Of a stretch of DNA of 64,000 nt, positions 1 through 10,319 are shown one piece after another. The position numbers and the translations under genes are program-made. The notes beneath the pieces were generated by a model that had not been told where the DNA came from, searched no databases, and saw nothing but the letters and a program-made list of their open reading frames with translations. The DNA comes from an uncultured Nitrososphaerota archaeon (GTDB lineage Archaea; Thermoproteota; Nitrososphaeria; Nitrososphaerales; CADDZS01): the NCBI GenBank assembly GCA_963799845.1, contig CAWCYI010000006.1:352001-416000 (forward strand). The letters run 5' to 3'. The stretch's first letter is position 1. Each line of letters begins with the position of its first letter.

Positions 1-388
1 TGAGCGAGATGCCTCCACCGACGGAAAGACACACACCTTCCCCCGACGGAAAGACTTCGCCCTTGATAACGAGGTTCTTTCGCGCAAACTTGATCACGGT
101 CTGAACTATTTTCTTTTTTGACAATTGGTATCGCGCTTTCTGATCGTTTTCGTTAAGGTCGTTAAACCATTCTTGACTGACTACTTGTAGGACGATTCGA
201 GCCTGCAATCCAGTCTCCGGAGCTTTTGAGAGAAGGGACAGAATGGGCAGCTCGCAGGCGCTACAAACGGGCGCCCTTGAATTTACACGGGTGATGATTT
301 TGATTCGTTTAGTCCGACGGCGTTTCAATAACTTTTGACTCTCATTACCTTGAGTCCACTCACTTTCAATTAATTGAAGTTCAGTCAT
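1..388 (-). CDS. Hypothetical winged-helix protein resembling the Mrr N-terminal domain (runs off window edge)
   Basis: Hand translation from ATG at 388, open to position 1: ...ELPILSLLSKAPETGLQARIVLQVVSQEWFNDLNENDQKARYQLSKKKIVQTVIKFARKNLVIKGEV; pattern recalls Mrr_N. Not in the ORF track because it is truncated. Confidence 0.45.
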   Translation of the reverse strand, partial: MTELQLIESEWTQGNESQKLLKRRRTKRIKIITRVNSRAPVCSACELPILSLLSKAPETGLQARIVLQVVSQEWFNDLNENDQKARYQLSKKKIVQTVIKFARKNLVIKGEVFPSGEGVCLSVGGGISL

Positions 389-1005
389 TCCTTGATTTCA
401 AGACATGCGACAGAACCGAGTGTTTCAATTAGTCTTGTCGTCTGCAAAGAGAGACGGTTTAGTCTGCGATTTGGTAGGAAAGCGGACGGAATCAAGCAAA
501 CGATAAGGGAATTTTAAAGGTGTGGATCATGAAGTTGAACCTTTCACTAGGCGGGACAGATTACAGAAACGAAATCGAATTACAGAATTCAGGATGTTAC
601 TGAAAGTTTCGTTCAACATACGTTGCCATTAGTCGCGATTCCAGAAATTAATCCATGAACAATAACAAAGAGGAATGCACCTCAGCATACGGTACATATC
701 CCTGCTCCCATTTTGAAATGAGACATAGGGCAAGGGCAGTTCATCTACTTTATCGTGCGGTGAGGCATCTTCTTACCCGAACCAGTTTGAACAAATGATA
801 TTTCGTGATCTTCGTTAGATATCGCGTCCAGAAGGACTTTATTAGCGGAGCCAAGGCAGGCTGAATGCCTTATACAAACTGAAAACGATAGTGCAGAATA
901 AATAAATGTGTAACCGGAGAACTTTTCTCGAAAATACCATTTAGAGGTATTCTTCTAGAAATCGCTCCTCATTATTGATACATTATTACCCGGAGATCTG
1001 ATCTT

Positions 1006-1671
1006 GTGACTGAAATCCATCTTTTTGACATCTATAGAAGCGCAAATATAGGAATCTTCCTGAAAGCTAATGAAAAATTCTGTCTCGTCCCCCACGGGCT
1101 TGCAATGACGAAAAGGGACAAGATTAACGAGTTGCTCCATGTCCAGACGATTCCATCATCAGTGGCGGGGTCGAGGCTGCTGGGCCCGCTCGCCGCCATA
1201 AACAGTCACGGAATGATTATCTCAAGACTTTCGGATGACGAAGAAGTCAGGCAATTGGTCGCATCGACCGGGCTGAACGTATTAAAGCTCGAGTCTAGAT
1301 TTACATCCGTTGGCAATTTGATTTCCGCGAACGACCATGGCGCCATTATTTCTGATGTTTTCAGTGAGGAATCTGCCAATGAGGTTGAAAGGGTCCTAGA
1401 AGTCCCGGTGAAAAGGATGAGGATTGGCTCATTCATACAGGTGGGAGCAATGATCGCGGCGACGAACTCTGGAATTCTTGTTCATCCCGCCGCTTCCGAG
1501 TCCGAAATCAATGTGATTCGCGAGATAATGGGCTTCGAACCCGAACCAGCTACGGTCAACGGAGGAGTCCCTTTTGTCAGTTCGGGTCTGGTCGGAAACA
1601 GCGCAGTTGTACTTGTCGGAGCTCAGACCAGGGGCTCCGAGCTGATAATCCTAGGAAGAGCTTTTTCCTGA
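1006..1671 (+). CDS. eif6: Translation initiation factor 6 (aIF6)
   Basis: 221 aa; NIGIF..AN, GNLISANDHGAII, LVHP, TVNGG..FVSSGL motifs; upstream of pfdA-ftsY as usual. Confidence 0.95.
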   Translation: MTEIHLFDIYRSANIGIFLKANEKFCLVPHGLAMTKRDKINELLHVQTIPSSVAGSRLLGPLAAINSHGMIISRLSDDEEVRQLVASTGLNVLKLESRFTSVGNLISANDHGAIISDVFSEESANEVERVLEVPVKRMRIGSFIQVGAMIAATNSGILVHPAASESEINVIREIMGFEPEPATVNGGVPFVSSGLVGNSAVVLVGAQTRGSELIILGRAFS

Positions 1672-1734
1672 GAAAGCATAAATCATCCAACATGAATGTC
1701 TGGACTTTGCCCTATTGCACAAGTGTTTTCTAAA

Positions 1735-2196
1735 TTGAGTAAGCAAAATCTTCCAATATACCGACCAGAGAAGGAGATTACAGAAGAGCAGGCAGAGCAG
1801 CAGCTAAACCAATTGGTTTCGGAAATTCGAACGCTGGAAGCTTACTATAACGAAATAGTGTCGAGGATGCAAGCTGCCTCCAATGGGCTAACTGAATTCA
1901 GAGCTGCTATCCAGGCAGTTGATACTCTTAACCAGGGTCAGAAGAACGACTTGCTGATACCGATCGGCGGTGGCCTTTTGCTCCCCGTCCCCGAGGTCGA
2001 AACAAGGCGGGTTATCCTCAGCGTTGGATCCGGAGTCGCTATTGAGAAGGATCTCGACTCTGCAAAAGCTTTCCTGCAGGCGCGAGAGAAGGAGTTAGAG
2101 AGAGCGGTCAGTGCCCTTGAACAACAGCGGAGAGAAATCGGATCTCGCCTTGAATCGAGAAAGGCCGTTTTGCAACAGCTAACCGGCCAGAGCTAA
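1735..2196 (+). CDS. pfdA: Prefoldin alpha subunit
   Basis: Coiled coil, LLIPIGGG, VILSVGSGVAIEK; conserved synteny; TTG start at 1735 preferred over ATG 1696. Confidence 0.9.
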   Translation: MSKQNLPIYRPEKEITEEQAEQQLNQLVSEIRTLEAYYNEIVSRMQAASNGLTEFRAAIQAVDTLNQGQKNDLLIPIGGGLLLPVPEVETRRVILSVGSGVAIEKDLDSAKAFLQAREKELERAVSALEQQRREIGSRLESRKAVLQQLTGQS

Positions 2197-2224
2197 TGCC
2201 GATCTCAGCCCGGGGGCTCCTATC

Positions 2225-3152
2225 TTGTTTGACAAGTTAAAGTCAGCCCTGGGATCGCTCACAAAAATCGCGACTCACACCACACTTTCTGGCGAGGATA
2301 TTGACTCCTTTCTATGGGATTTCGAGGTCGCGCTAATCGAGAGTGACGTGGCTTCTGAGGCGATAGACAGTCTGACCTCCAATTTGAGAAAGAATCTTGT
2401 CGGAATGAAGATCCCGAGGTCTGAAGACCGGGAAAAATTCGTCCTCAACGAGCTGAAAGTCCGCGATCCGCGAAACTTTTTCAAAAACCAAAAATATCGA
2501 TATAATTCAACTCGCAAAGTCCAAAGCTGCGCAAAACAGGAAAGATCATTCGGGGCCGTTCGTAATTCTTTTTCTTGGAATCAATGGGGTCGGCAAGACT
2601 ACTACAGTCGCGAAGTTCGTGCGCTTACTTGAGAAAAACAAGCTTTCGGCCGTTGTGGCCGCCGCGGATACCCACAGGGCAGGTGCGATAGAGCAACTTA
2701 CTGAACACGCAAACCGCTTGAAGGTGAAGGCAATCGCCCAGTCGTATGGATCAGACCCTGCCGCTGTTGCCAAGGATGCCCAGCTCTATGCCTCAGCTCA
2801 TGGAACCGACGTCGTAATCATCGATACTGCTGGAAGGATCCAGACGAGCAGGAATCTTATGGAAGAGATGTCCAAGATTGTCAGAGTGGTAAAGCCAGAC
2901 GTCAAGATATTTGTTGGAGACTCGCTTGCAGGGAACGATGCAATTTCGCAGGCAAAAGAATTTCTCAGATACACAGATTTTGATGCAGCGATTCTAACAA
3001 AGGCGGACGCAGATGTGAAGGGCGGCGCAGCTCTTTCGATCGCGTATGTAACCCAGCGTCCGATTTTGTATCTTGGAGTAGGTCAGGACTATGACGACCT
3101 CGCGCCTTTCAATCTGGATGAGTTCATTGATTCTCTGTTCGAAAAGAGCTAA
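2225..3152 (+). CDS. ftsY: SRP receptor FtsY (single frameshift near 2461, probably a sequencing error)
   Basis: N domain (ALIESDVA) in ORF 2225; shifted frame gives GINGVGKTTTVAK, DTHRAGAIEQL, DTAGR, TKADAD.KGG, GVGQ.YDDL. Confidence 0.93.
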
Positions 3153-3961
3153 ACTAGTACTTTTTCCAGCCCGAAATCGTTTAAAATTTTGAGGACAGTT
3201 TCTTTGAACTTTCCAAGACCCTTTGCATCCACCAGTGAAGTCTCAATTTTCTGATCGCTTTTCTCCAAAATTTGCTCGAGAAGTTTGGGAGTAAAATGCG
3301 ATAATGCATACTTTGGAATTATCGGTCCCAGAGCAAAGTCTGAATCGAAAATAAGTTTGTTTAGTTTTTCTGGATAATGAGTCCCGCCGATGCCTATAGC
3401 GCATTTTGAGTATGTTTTTTTGGAATCAATTGTCGCCATTAGTGCCCGCGAGATCACAGAGGCACTCTTCATGTCGATCCATTGGGTTTCGGTCGAGCCT
3501 AGTTCGACGAACATTACCGGTGACTTGAGAGATGTCGGGCCGTGGTGCGTTGCCTCTAAGGTGAGATTGTAAATCGGGTCAATTTCCGAACGAAGAGAAT
3601 TAAGAGCCACAAGGTAGTTCTTGAGCAGAGACGGAGAAAACCTAGCTATCTCACTCGGATTGCCTCCAAATTCTGCCGCTCCGAAGTTTCCCGTGAAATG
3701 TGCTGTTAGACTTGGGATTCCGCTTTCTGCCCTATGCCTCGAAATGAAAACGAATCGGCAGTCATGAAACTGATCGTCCAAATTATCTACGTAAACGATA
3801 TCGCGTCTAGAACTGATAAGAATCAATTCTGTCCCGATGACGTAGGTGGGACTTCCATCGAAATAGAAATCAGCTTCTCTGAAGGAATATTGTTCTAACA
3901 GTCTTTCTCTGATATTGGTTCCAGCGCGGTCGTTAAGAGAGCACACCAGTATAGTTTTCAT
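3149..3961 (-). CDS. dtdA: D-aminoacyl-tRNA deacylase DTD2
   Basis: FISRH, SLTAHFTGN, EATHHGPT, FVELGS, GGTHY motifs. Confidence 0.92.
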   Translation of the reverse strand: MKTILVCSLNDRAGTNIRERLLEQYSFREADFYFDGSPTYVIGTELILISSRRDIVYVDNLDDQFHDCRFVFISRHRAESGIPSLTAHFTGNFGAAEFGGNPSEIARFSPSLLKNYLVALNSLRSEIDPIYNLTLEATHHGPTSLKSPVMFVELGSTETQWIDMKSASVISRALMATIDSKKTYSKCAIGIGGTHYPEKLNKLIFDSDFALGPIIPKYALSHFTPKLLEQILEKSDQKIETSLVDAKGLGKFKETVLKILNDFGLEKVLV

Positions 3962-4458
3962 TGATGCGAAATTTTCCCCCACTCTGTCACAAGTCTGAGG
4001 TCACAAGTTTATCTTCTGATCATCAATCCGCGATTTCGCGAGTTTGGCATAAGCACTGTGGATGTCGAACCCACGAACCTCCTGTCGATAACCGTCCAAC
4101 AAAAACCACTTTCACAAGTCACTCTGAAAGCTTCACTAAAGGCGTTTAGCATATGAAATAGATACTCTTCCAGAACAGCTTTCAGATCTCCTCTACACCA
4201 GCCTCGTTTCTCGATATGGTTTTCATAATTTATGGCATTAATTAGGAAGGCGAAGCAGCTCTAAGCTTCACAACGCCTCCTCTCAGCGGAATTTTGAGAA
4301 CGCAATTAAGAATCTGATTGAACGCATCGTCCGAAGAGACCAATTCTGACAAGCCTTCATCCTTGAACTATTTACGAATTGAGAGATCAGATGGCATCAG
4401 AGGCAAACGTAAATATAATGACCGCGCATATTTGTTGGAATTATCAGGGATTTGTGCA

Positions 4459-4701
4459 ATGGGCATAGGTAAGATGCTTACCGCAACGTGGAGAACTCTC
4501 AAGCTTACTCGGAAATCTGATCGAGAAGAGTTCTTTCTTTATTTGAAGCTTGTTTTCCTCGGTTTTGGTATTGTCGGGGTTATAGGATTCATAATTTACT
4601 TCATTGCTTCGGAGATCGAGCTGATTGCGGGAGTAGCAAACGCAAATGCTTCTGGTGCCACTCCGGCGATCTTGTTCCATCTCCTGAGTGGAGTGTTATA
4701 A
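4459..4701 (+). CDS. secE: Protein translocase SecE / Sec61-gamma
   Basis: WRTLKLTRKSDREEF followed by one TM helix (GFGIVGVIGFII); directly upstream of spt5. Confidence 0.88.
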   Translation: MGIGKMLTATWRTLKLTRKSDREEFFLYLKLVFLGFGIVGVIGFIIYFIASEIELIAGVANANASGATPAILFHLLSGVL

Positions 4702-4702
4702 T

Positions 4703-5198
4703 TTGTCCCAGACTCTCTCGACCCGTATATTCGCTGTGAAGACGACCGGGGGTCAGGAAAAAACCGTAGCGAAATTTGTCGGGGATCGTCTGGAGAAAAA
4801 AAAGCAGGAGGGCAAAGAGTCGCAGGTATATTCAATTCTAGTTCTAGAAGCTCAAAAGAGTCTATGTCTTCTTCGAGGCGCCCAACGCCCAAGCGGTTTC
4901 AGACGCAATATCTGGCTTCAAACATGTTAAGGGCATGGTACCGGGTTACATCCAGTTCTCCGATATCGAGAAGTTTCTTGTCGACAAATCGATAATTTCG
5001 GACGTCGGAGTCGGCGATGTCATCGAAATAGTTGCGGGACCTTTCAAAGGAATGAAAGCGAAAATAAACAGGGTAGAGCCTCAGAGATCAGAGGTCACTG
5101 TAATGTTACTCGACGCTCCATATCAGTTGCCTGTGACAGTTGATGTTGGTTTCATCAAGATAATCAGCAGAGCGACTTCAGTATCGACGATTTCCTGA
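4703..5198 (+). CDS. spt5: Transcription elongation factor Spt5/NusG (frameshift near 4860)
   Basis: NGN domain FAVKTTGGQE...YVFFEA; KOW motif GDVIEIVAGPFKGMKAKI; two ORFs join with one base removed. Confidence 0.92.
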
Positions 5199-5279
5199 AG
5201 CAAATACTCGAAAGCCCAATAACTCTTTTAAGGTATCACGAGAGAGGAATTTTTCCTTACGTAACAGAAGCGATCCTAA

Positions 5280-5765
5280 ATGCCAGAGACTAAAACCGTT
5301 TCAGCTCTTGTTGTTGGCGGAGAAGCTACAGCTGGACCTCCCCTCGGACCTGCTTTGGGTCCACTCGGAGTCAACGTCATGGCCATTGTCAAAGAAATCA
5401 ATGAACTTACCAAGGATTATGCTGGAATGCGCGTACCGGTCAAGGTGAACGTTGAGACTGAGACCAAAAAATTCACCGTTGAAGTGGGAATTCCGACTGT
5501 GTCAGCGTTAATTGTCAAGGAATCGGGTGTTGCAAAGGGATCGGCGACTCCGAAGACAGCCCCTGCGGGCAATTTGACAGTTGAAAAGTTGATAAAAATT
5601 GCCAAGGCGAAGATTGCCCAATCATACGGCTCGACCACAAGATCTGTTGCCAAAGAGGTGGCTGGGTCTTGTCTTAGCATGGGAATTACGATCGAGGGCA
5701 AGTCAGCGGCGGATTTCCAGCGTGAAGTTGATGAAAATAAATGGGACGAGGCTTTCGAAGCCTGA
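5280..5765 (+). CDS. rpl11: 50S ribosomal protein uL11
   Basis: GGEATAGPPLGPALGPLGVN, GSCLSMGITIEG. Confidence 0.97.
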   Translation: MPETKTVSALVVGGEATAGPPLGPALGPLGVNVMAIVKEINELTKDYAGMRVPVKVNVETETKKFTVEVGIPTVSALIVKESGVAKGSATPKTAPAGNLTVEKLIKIAKAKIAQSYGSTTRSVAKEVAGSCLSMGITIEGKSAADFQREVDENKWDEAFEA

Positions 5766-5813
5766 CTCGAGGATTGTTTCAAATTTCGTAAATTGATACC
5801 GAGGATGTTATGA

Positions 5814-6473
5814 TTGCTCACCAAAGCTCAGATTCAACAACAGGTTGCAAAAGCTCGCTCCGAGGATTATCACAAGAGGAACTTTCAGCAGTCCTTCGAA
5901 TTGATTCTTACTCTCAAGGATATTGATGTTAAGAAGCTCGATCTAAATGTCAACGAGGTAGTTTTTCTTCCAAACAAACTTTCTGAGGAGGCCAAGGTCT
6001 GTGTTTTTGCAGCAGGCGATAACGCTGTTCGGGCTCAAAAAGCGGGCGCCGACAGGGTTATTGAAGCCGGAGAGTTGGACAGGCTGGCCTCCGAAAAAAG
6101 ATCGGCGAAAAAATTAGCCCGAGAATACCAGTTCTTCCTCGCTGATACTGGATTAATGCCGAAAATTGGTAGAATTCTTGGTCAATTCTTGGGACCAAAG
6201 GGCAGGATGCCTACTCCTGTTCCTCCGGCTGCACCCCTTGAATCTATGCTGATCAGATACCGAACTGCAGTAAGGGTGAAAGCTCGCGGTTCCCTCAGCG
6301 TTGCCGGGAAAATTGGAGATGAAACTCTCGACGACGGCAAGGTTGCCGAAAATGCTCTCGCCGTCATAGGCCAAGTTGAGAGAAAGCTTCCAAACGGCGA
6401 GAAGAACATTCACTCATTGCTGGTCAAAAAGACCATGGGCAAAGTAACCAAGGTCAGAATGGTGGAAGGTTAA
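5814..6473 (+). CDS. rpl1: 50S ribosomal protein uL1
   Basis: RNFQQSFEL, LGPKGRMPTP, KKTMG. Confidence 0.96.
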   Translation: MLTKAQIQQQVAKARSEDYHKRNFQQSFELILTLKDIDVKKLDLNVNEVVFLPNKLSEEAKVCVFAAGDNAVRAQKAGADRVIEAGELDRLASEKRSAKKLAREYQFFLADTGLMPKIGRILGQFLGPKGRMPTPVPPAAPLESMLIRYRTAVRVKARGSLSVAGKIGDETLDDGKVAENALAVIGQVERKLPNGEKNIHSLLVKKTMGKVTKVRMVEG

Positions 6474-6479
6474 TTTCGA

Positions 6480-7379
6480 ATGAGTAAGCAACAATTGTTC
6501 TCTGAAGCGGAGAAACGCACCTCATATCCCAAGAAGAAGGTCGAGACACTCAAATCCGTCGAAGATTTGGCTTCAAAATATGATACAATCATAGTCACGA
6601 AGTTATTCAAGGTCCGCGCTGGCCAGTTGATGCAGCTCAGGAAAAATTACAGAAACGAGCTGGTAATGTTAGTTGCCAAAAACAAGATAGCCTCTCTCGC
6701 GCTCAAGAATGCGGGGATTGGGAATTACGATCAATTCGCCCCCCGACTGGATGGACAGAACGCCCTCATTTTTACAAATATGAATCCGTTCAAGCTTTAC
6801 CTTTCCCTGGAAAAAGGGAAGGTCAACCTCCCCGCTCGGGCTGGAGATGTCGCGACGGAGGAAATCATAGTTCCCGCGGGCAATACTGGCATTCCTCCGG
6901 GTCCCGTCTTGTCGGAGTTCAAGGAGGCAAACGTTGCGACCCGAATCGAATCTGGGAGCATCTACGTATCCAGAGATTCCGTCGTCGCTCACCCAGGCGA
7001 TGTAATTTCTCCAAAACTGTCAGGTCTGTTATCTCGTCTAAATCTAAAACCGATCAAAGCCGGTCTATCGATATTCATGGCTTCTTCTGGCGGATTACTG
7101 CTGCTGCAAAAGGACATTACCATCGATCTGAATCAGTATAGATCGGATATTGCCAGAGCTGCCGCCGAAGCAATGTCTTTGGCCATCGAAGCGGCGTATC
7201 CCACACCCGAGACTCTTCCGGCACTCATATCGAAAGCATCTAGAAATGCTCTCGAATTGGCGAAAGAATCTGGATTCATTACCGCCGATGACGCGGAATA
7301 TGTCCTCGGCTTTGCGGAGTCGCAAGCCAAGGCGCTCCTGGCCGCAGCCAAACAAAAGGGATTCACTGAGAGCGGCTAA
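6480..7379 (+). CDS. rpl10: 50S ribosomal protein uL10 (P0)
   Basis: ALIFTNMNPFKL, PARAGDVA, PAGNTGIPPGP; follows L11-L1. Confidence 0.95.
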   Translation: MSKQQLFSEAEKRTSYPKKKVETLKSVEDLASKYDTIIVTKLFKVRAGQLMQLRKNYRNELVMLVAKNKIASLALKNAGIGNYDQFAPRLDGQNALIFTNMNPFKLYLSLEKGKVNLPARAGDVATEEIIVPAGNTGIPPGPVLSEFKEANVATRIESGSIYVSRDSVVAHPGDVISPKLSGLLSRLNLKPIKAGLSIFMASSGGLLLLQKDITIDLNQYRSDIARAAAEAMSLAIEAAYPTPETLPALISKASRNALELAKESGFITADDAEYVLGFAESQAKALLAAAKQKGFTESG

Positions 7380-7448
7380 TCGCAAAACCATAATTCTTAT
7401 GGTTGCGAACACTTGCAGCGATTTTCGCGGTACTCTATATTATTAGCA

Positions 7449-7462
7449 AGCCCCGCGGATTC
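7449..7462. repeat. Left target-site duplication AGCCCCGCGGATTC of the IS (right copy 8501-8514)
   Basis: Exact 14-bp direct repeat flanking TGT...ACA ends; identity extends to 18 bp (7447-7464 = 8499-8516) through microhomology with the ends. Confidence 0.85.
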
Positions 7463-8500
7463 TGTCTCTTATCAAACAATTATTTCGCTCCATAGTCAAC
7501 AAGGTTAGGCTGGGGGACTATTGGAGGAGCATCTGGAAGAAGCATGGCTATGGGTCAAGAAAGCTTTCAGAGGAAAAGGTGGTGTGGGTGGTCAAGGCTA
7601 GAGAGAGCGGCCTTGCAGCCAGGGATATCGCATCAACCCAGAACATCACCGTGAGAAGAGTGGAGCAGCTTTATGCCCAATACAGGGAATCCGGAGAGAT
7701 ACCATCTCTCAAGAAGGCAGGCAGAAAAAGAATCGAGATCCCAATTGAGGAGAGGAATGCGATCATCGAAGCTTCAAGGAAGTTTGGCGTCGGAGCCTGC
7801 TACCTCGTTTCAATCCTCAAGAGAGATTACGGCATCGATGAAACAAACCACATGCGAGTCTATAGCGTATTGAAGGAGGAAGGATTGTTGTACAATACAG
7901 CAAGGACGCGCTTCAAGCGCAAGTGGATCAGATATGAAAGGGAGCATTCCAATTCGTTGTGGCACGTCGATTGGCACGAGATGAAATCGTCAGTATACAG
8001 GGGCAAGTGGCTGGTAATCTACGAGGATGACGCATCGAGGTACATCCTGGGTTATGGCGTGTTTGACTCTCCGTCGTCTGAAAATGCAGTGAGCGTCCTG
8101 AAGGAAGCGATCAGGGAACATGGCAGACCAGCATCAATCCTCTCAGACAGAGGTACATCCTTCTATGCGGTCGAAGCTGAAACAAAAACGAAAGGTCTCA
8201 CTGAATTCGAGCTCTATCTGATGAGGAATCACATCAAACATATTCTTTCAAGAGTGAGACATCCCCAAACCAATGGAAAATTGGAGAAGCTCTTTGATAC
8301 GGTTGAAAGAGGACTCGCGAAGGGATTCTCTCCGATTGAGGAGTGCGTACGCTGGTACAACTGCATCAAGCCCCACGGAGCCCTTGATCTGGAGAGAGCT
8401 GAAACTCCACTGGAAGCCTACTACAGGAAGATGGAAATAAAAGAGGAACTCATAGATCCTTCAATCATGTGGGAGAGCGAAATGATTCTTTGATAGAACA
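7463..8500 (+). mobile_element. IS481-family insertion sequence, about 1038 bp
   Basis: Left end TGTCTCTTATCAAACAATTATTTCGCTC vs reverse complement of right end TGTTCTATCAAAGAATCATTTCGCTC (imperfect TIR); TSD; one DDE transposase. Confidence 0.9.
7579..8493 (+). CDS. DDE transposase, integrase-core type (IS481 family)
   Basis: N-terminal HTH; RYEREHSNSLWHVD, DDASR, ILSDRGTSF, HPQTNGKLEK, YN..KPHGAL; true start may lie slightly upstream (ATG near 7550, out of frame). Confidence 0.92.
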   Translation: MVWVVKARESGLAARDIASTQNITVRRVEQLYAQYRESGEIPSLKKAGRKRIEIPIEERNAIIEASRKFGVGACYLVSILKRDYGIDETNHMRVYSVLKEEGLLYNTARTRFKRKWIRYEREHSNSLWHVDWHEMKSSVYRGKWLVIYEDDASRYILGYGVFDSPSSENAVSVLKEAIREHGRPASILSDRGTSFYAVEAETKTKGLTEFELYLMRNHIKHILSRVRHPQTNGKLEKLFDTVERGLAKGFSPIEECVRWYNCIKPHGALDLERAETPLEAYYRKMEIKEELIDPSIMWESEMIL

Positions 8501-8570
8501 AGCCCCGCGGATTCTGGCATAGCGATAAGTAATCCGAATCCTGTTCCGCAAGCCTTTGTTGTGAGAGCAT

Positions 8571-9810
8571 ATGTTTAGCCAAAAACTCACTGCGTTTTCG
8601 TATGCTCTGAGGACCTCACCGGTCTACGTTGCAGTTTTCTTGATGCGCTTCTCTTTTGCATTTACTGTCGTCGCGATCCAATACATAGTTCCAATCCCGT
8701 ATGAACGGGGAATAATATCCGCCGCTTATCCAATAATGGAAATGCTGACAGGCCTTTCCTTCGGTCTTCTTTCAGATAGAATAGGCAGGAAATGGCTGAT
8801 CGTCGGCGCCTTGTTTTTCTCCTCCGCGATAACTTTCTCCTTCACCCTCACGAGAACTTTTGTACTGCTCGTGCTTATCCATGCATTGCAGGGCATCTGC
8901 GCTGCCGCGATTATCACGTGCACTCTTGCCGCATTAGCTGATATCGCCAAAACGGAGACAAGGGGAAGGGAAATGGGGCTGTATGATTTCTGCACGATCG
9001 GCGGGTATGGTCTTGGTTTTGTTTTTAGCTTGATCATAATCGGAGGGAACGCAGCCAAAGCTCTGGTTCCATTTTATGCCGGGGCAATAATAGCTTTGGT
9101 TGGAGCGATTTTTTCTGCCTTGCTTCTGAAGGATGAAAGCAGATTGTATCAAAGCAAATTTTCCGCGCGGACTTTGGTGAGCGAGATATTCTCGAATCCG
9201 AAATCATTGACTCTGATTGGCACCTGGTTTGTCCTTACAGTTATCATCGGAGTGGGTCTGACCTATACGAGAGAACTTTTTTCGACGTTAATTTCTATCA
9301 GGAGCCTTGGATTGGTGGGAAGGGGCGGCGCGTTGTTGGGTCAGCCCACCAAAATAGGCCTTCTGGTCGCAGTCCTGCTGATTTTTGGCGTTTTGCTTTT
9401 AGGGTTCAGCCAGACTACTCTCGGAAGTCTCTCCGACAAATTCGGAAGATCTCGACTTGTCTTCATAGGCCAAGTTTCAATCCTAGGATTGTTGATAATT
9501 TTGGTACTTTTGTTTCAATTTGATTTGAATAGATACGTGGCGATTCCATTCATCGGTACTGTTCGGGACGGGATTGTTGGCCTTCACCCCGGCCGGACTT
9601 GCCGAACTCGCCGATATCGCGCCTTCTTCTGGAAAGGGATCTATTATGGGAATCTACTCGGTCACTGTCGGAGCCGGAACTGTTTTTGCGCCACTGGCAG
9701 GAGGGTACTTTATCTCGAAATATGGCGCCGCTACGGGTTTCTCAATCCTTTTTTCAATAGGGGTACTGATCATGGTTGCTGTCCTGGTTCGAAGTGTTTC
9801 CGAGAAGTAA
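8571..9810 (+). CDS. MFS transporter (frameshift near 9557)
   Basis: Motif A twice (GLLSDRIGRK, GSLSDKFGRS); about 12 TM helices once ORF 9574-9810 is joined. Confidence 0.85.
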
Positions 9811-10207
9811 CGTTCTGAAAATTGTCTTTTACAAGCGCCCTGAGAAACCGGGCAAACTCTTCATCGCTGAAATCTATCACTGAATACATTTCTTCTTTCA
9901 TCGCAATCTTGACTGCGAGTAAGTGGTAGCATTCGGGAATCCTTTCGCTCAGAACTCTGAAATAAAAATCGCTGCACGAGCAGTACGATTTGTCTTGAGA
10001 CTCTAAATCAAGATCAACCAAGAAATCACAATCTCTGCCAACCACGGTCCAAATCGTTCTGCCACTAGGGAGAAAACGATGGAGTTTGACGCTCTGACTT
10101 TCGACTACGTCTCGGGCTTTTCGAACCCTAATCGATTCCATCCGACCCGTATCGCTCGCATTCGTGTCAGGCTTGCGTTCTTCAGTGGATCCTTTCGTGG
10201 GATTCAT
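9770..10207 (-). CDS. SWIM zinc-finger protein (start uncertain: 10225, 10207 or 10141)
   Basis: YCSCSDF-x11-CYHLLAV SWIM pattern, preceded by IWTVVG. Confidence 0.75.
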   Translation of the reverse strand: MNPTKGSTEERKPDTNASDTGRMESIRVRKARDVVESQSVKLHRFLPSGRTIWTVVGRDCDFLVDLDLESQDKSYCSCSDFYFRVLSERIPECYHLLAVKIAMKEEMYSVIDFSDEEFARFLRALVKDNFQNVTSRKHFEPGQQP

Positions 10208-10319
10208 GTCTTTCGAAATATTCATCGCCGAAACAAGATTCACCTGAACCTGACTGCAAAATCTAGAGTCTTCCATCTTCATAAGGGAGCTTGAAAACAA
10301 CAATCTGAGACTCTGCGGT

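Noticed and set aside
18-55. 13-bp direct repeat CCGACGGAAAGAC at 18-30 and 43-55
   Set aside because: Only two copies with a 12-bp gap inside a coding frame; not CRISPR-like, and possibly a local duplication or assembly artefact
5231-5270. Hairpin upstream of rpl11 as an L1-binding leader
   Set aside because: It overlaps the predicted TSS and I could not match the L1-site internal loop
7380-8520. IS insertion as the cause of rpl12 being separated from rpl10
   Set aside because: The perfect TSD shows a simple insertion with no rearrangement, so the separation predates it
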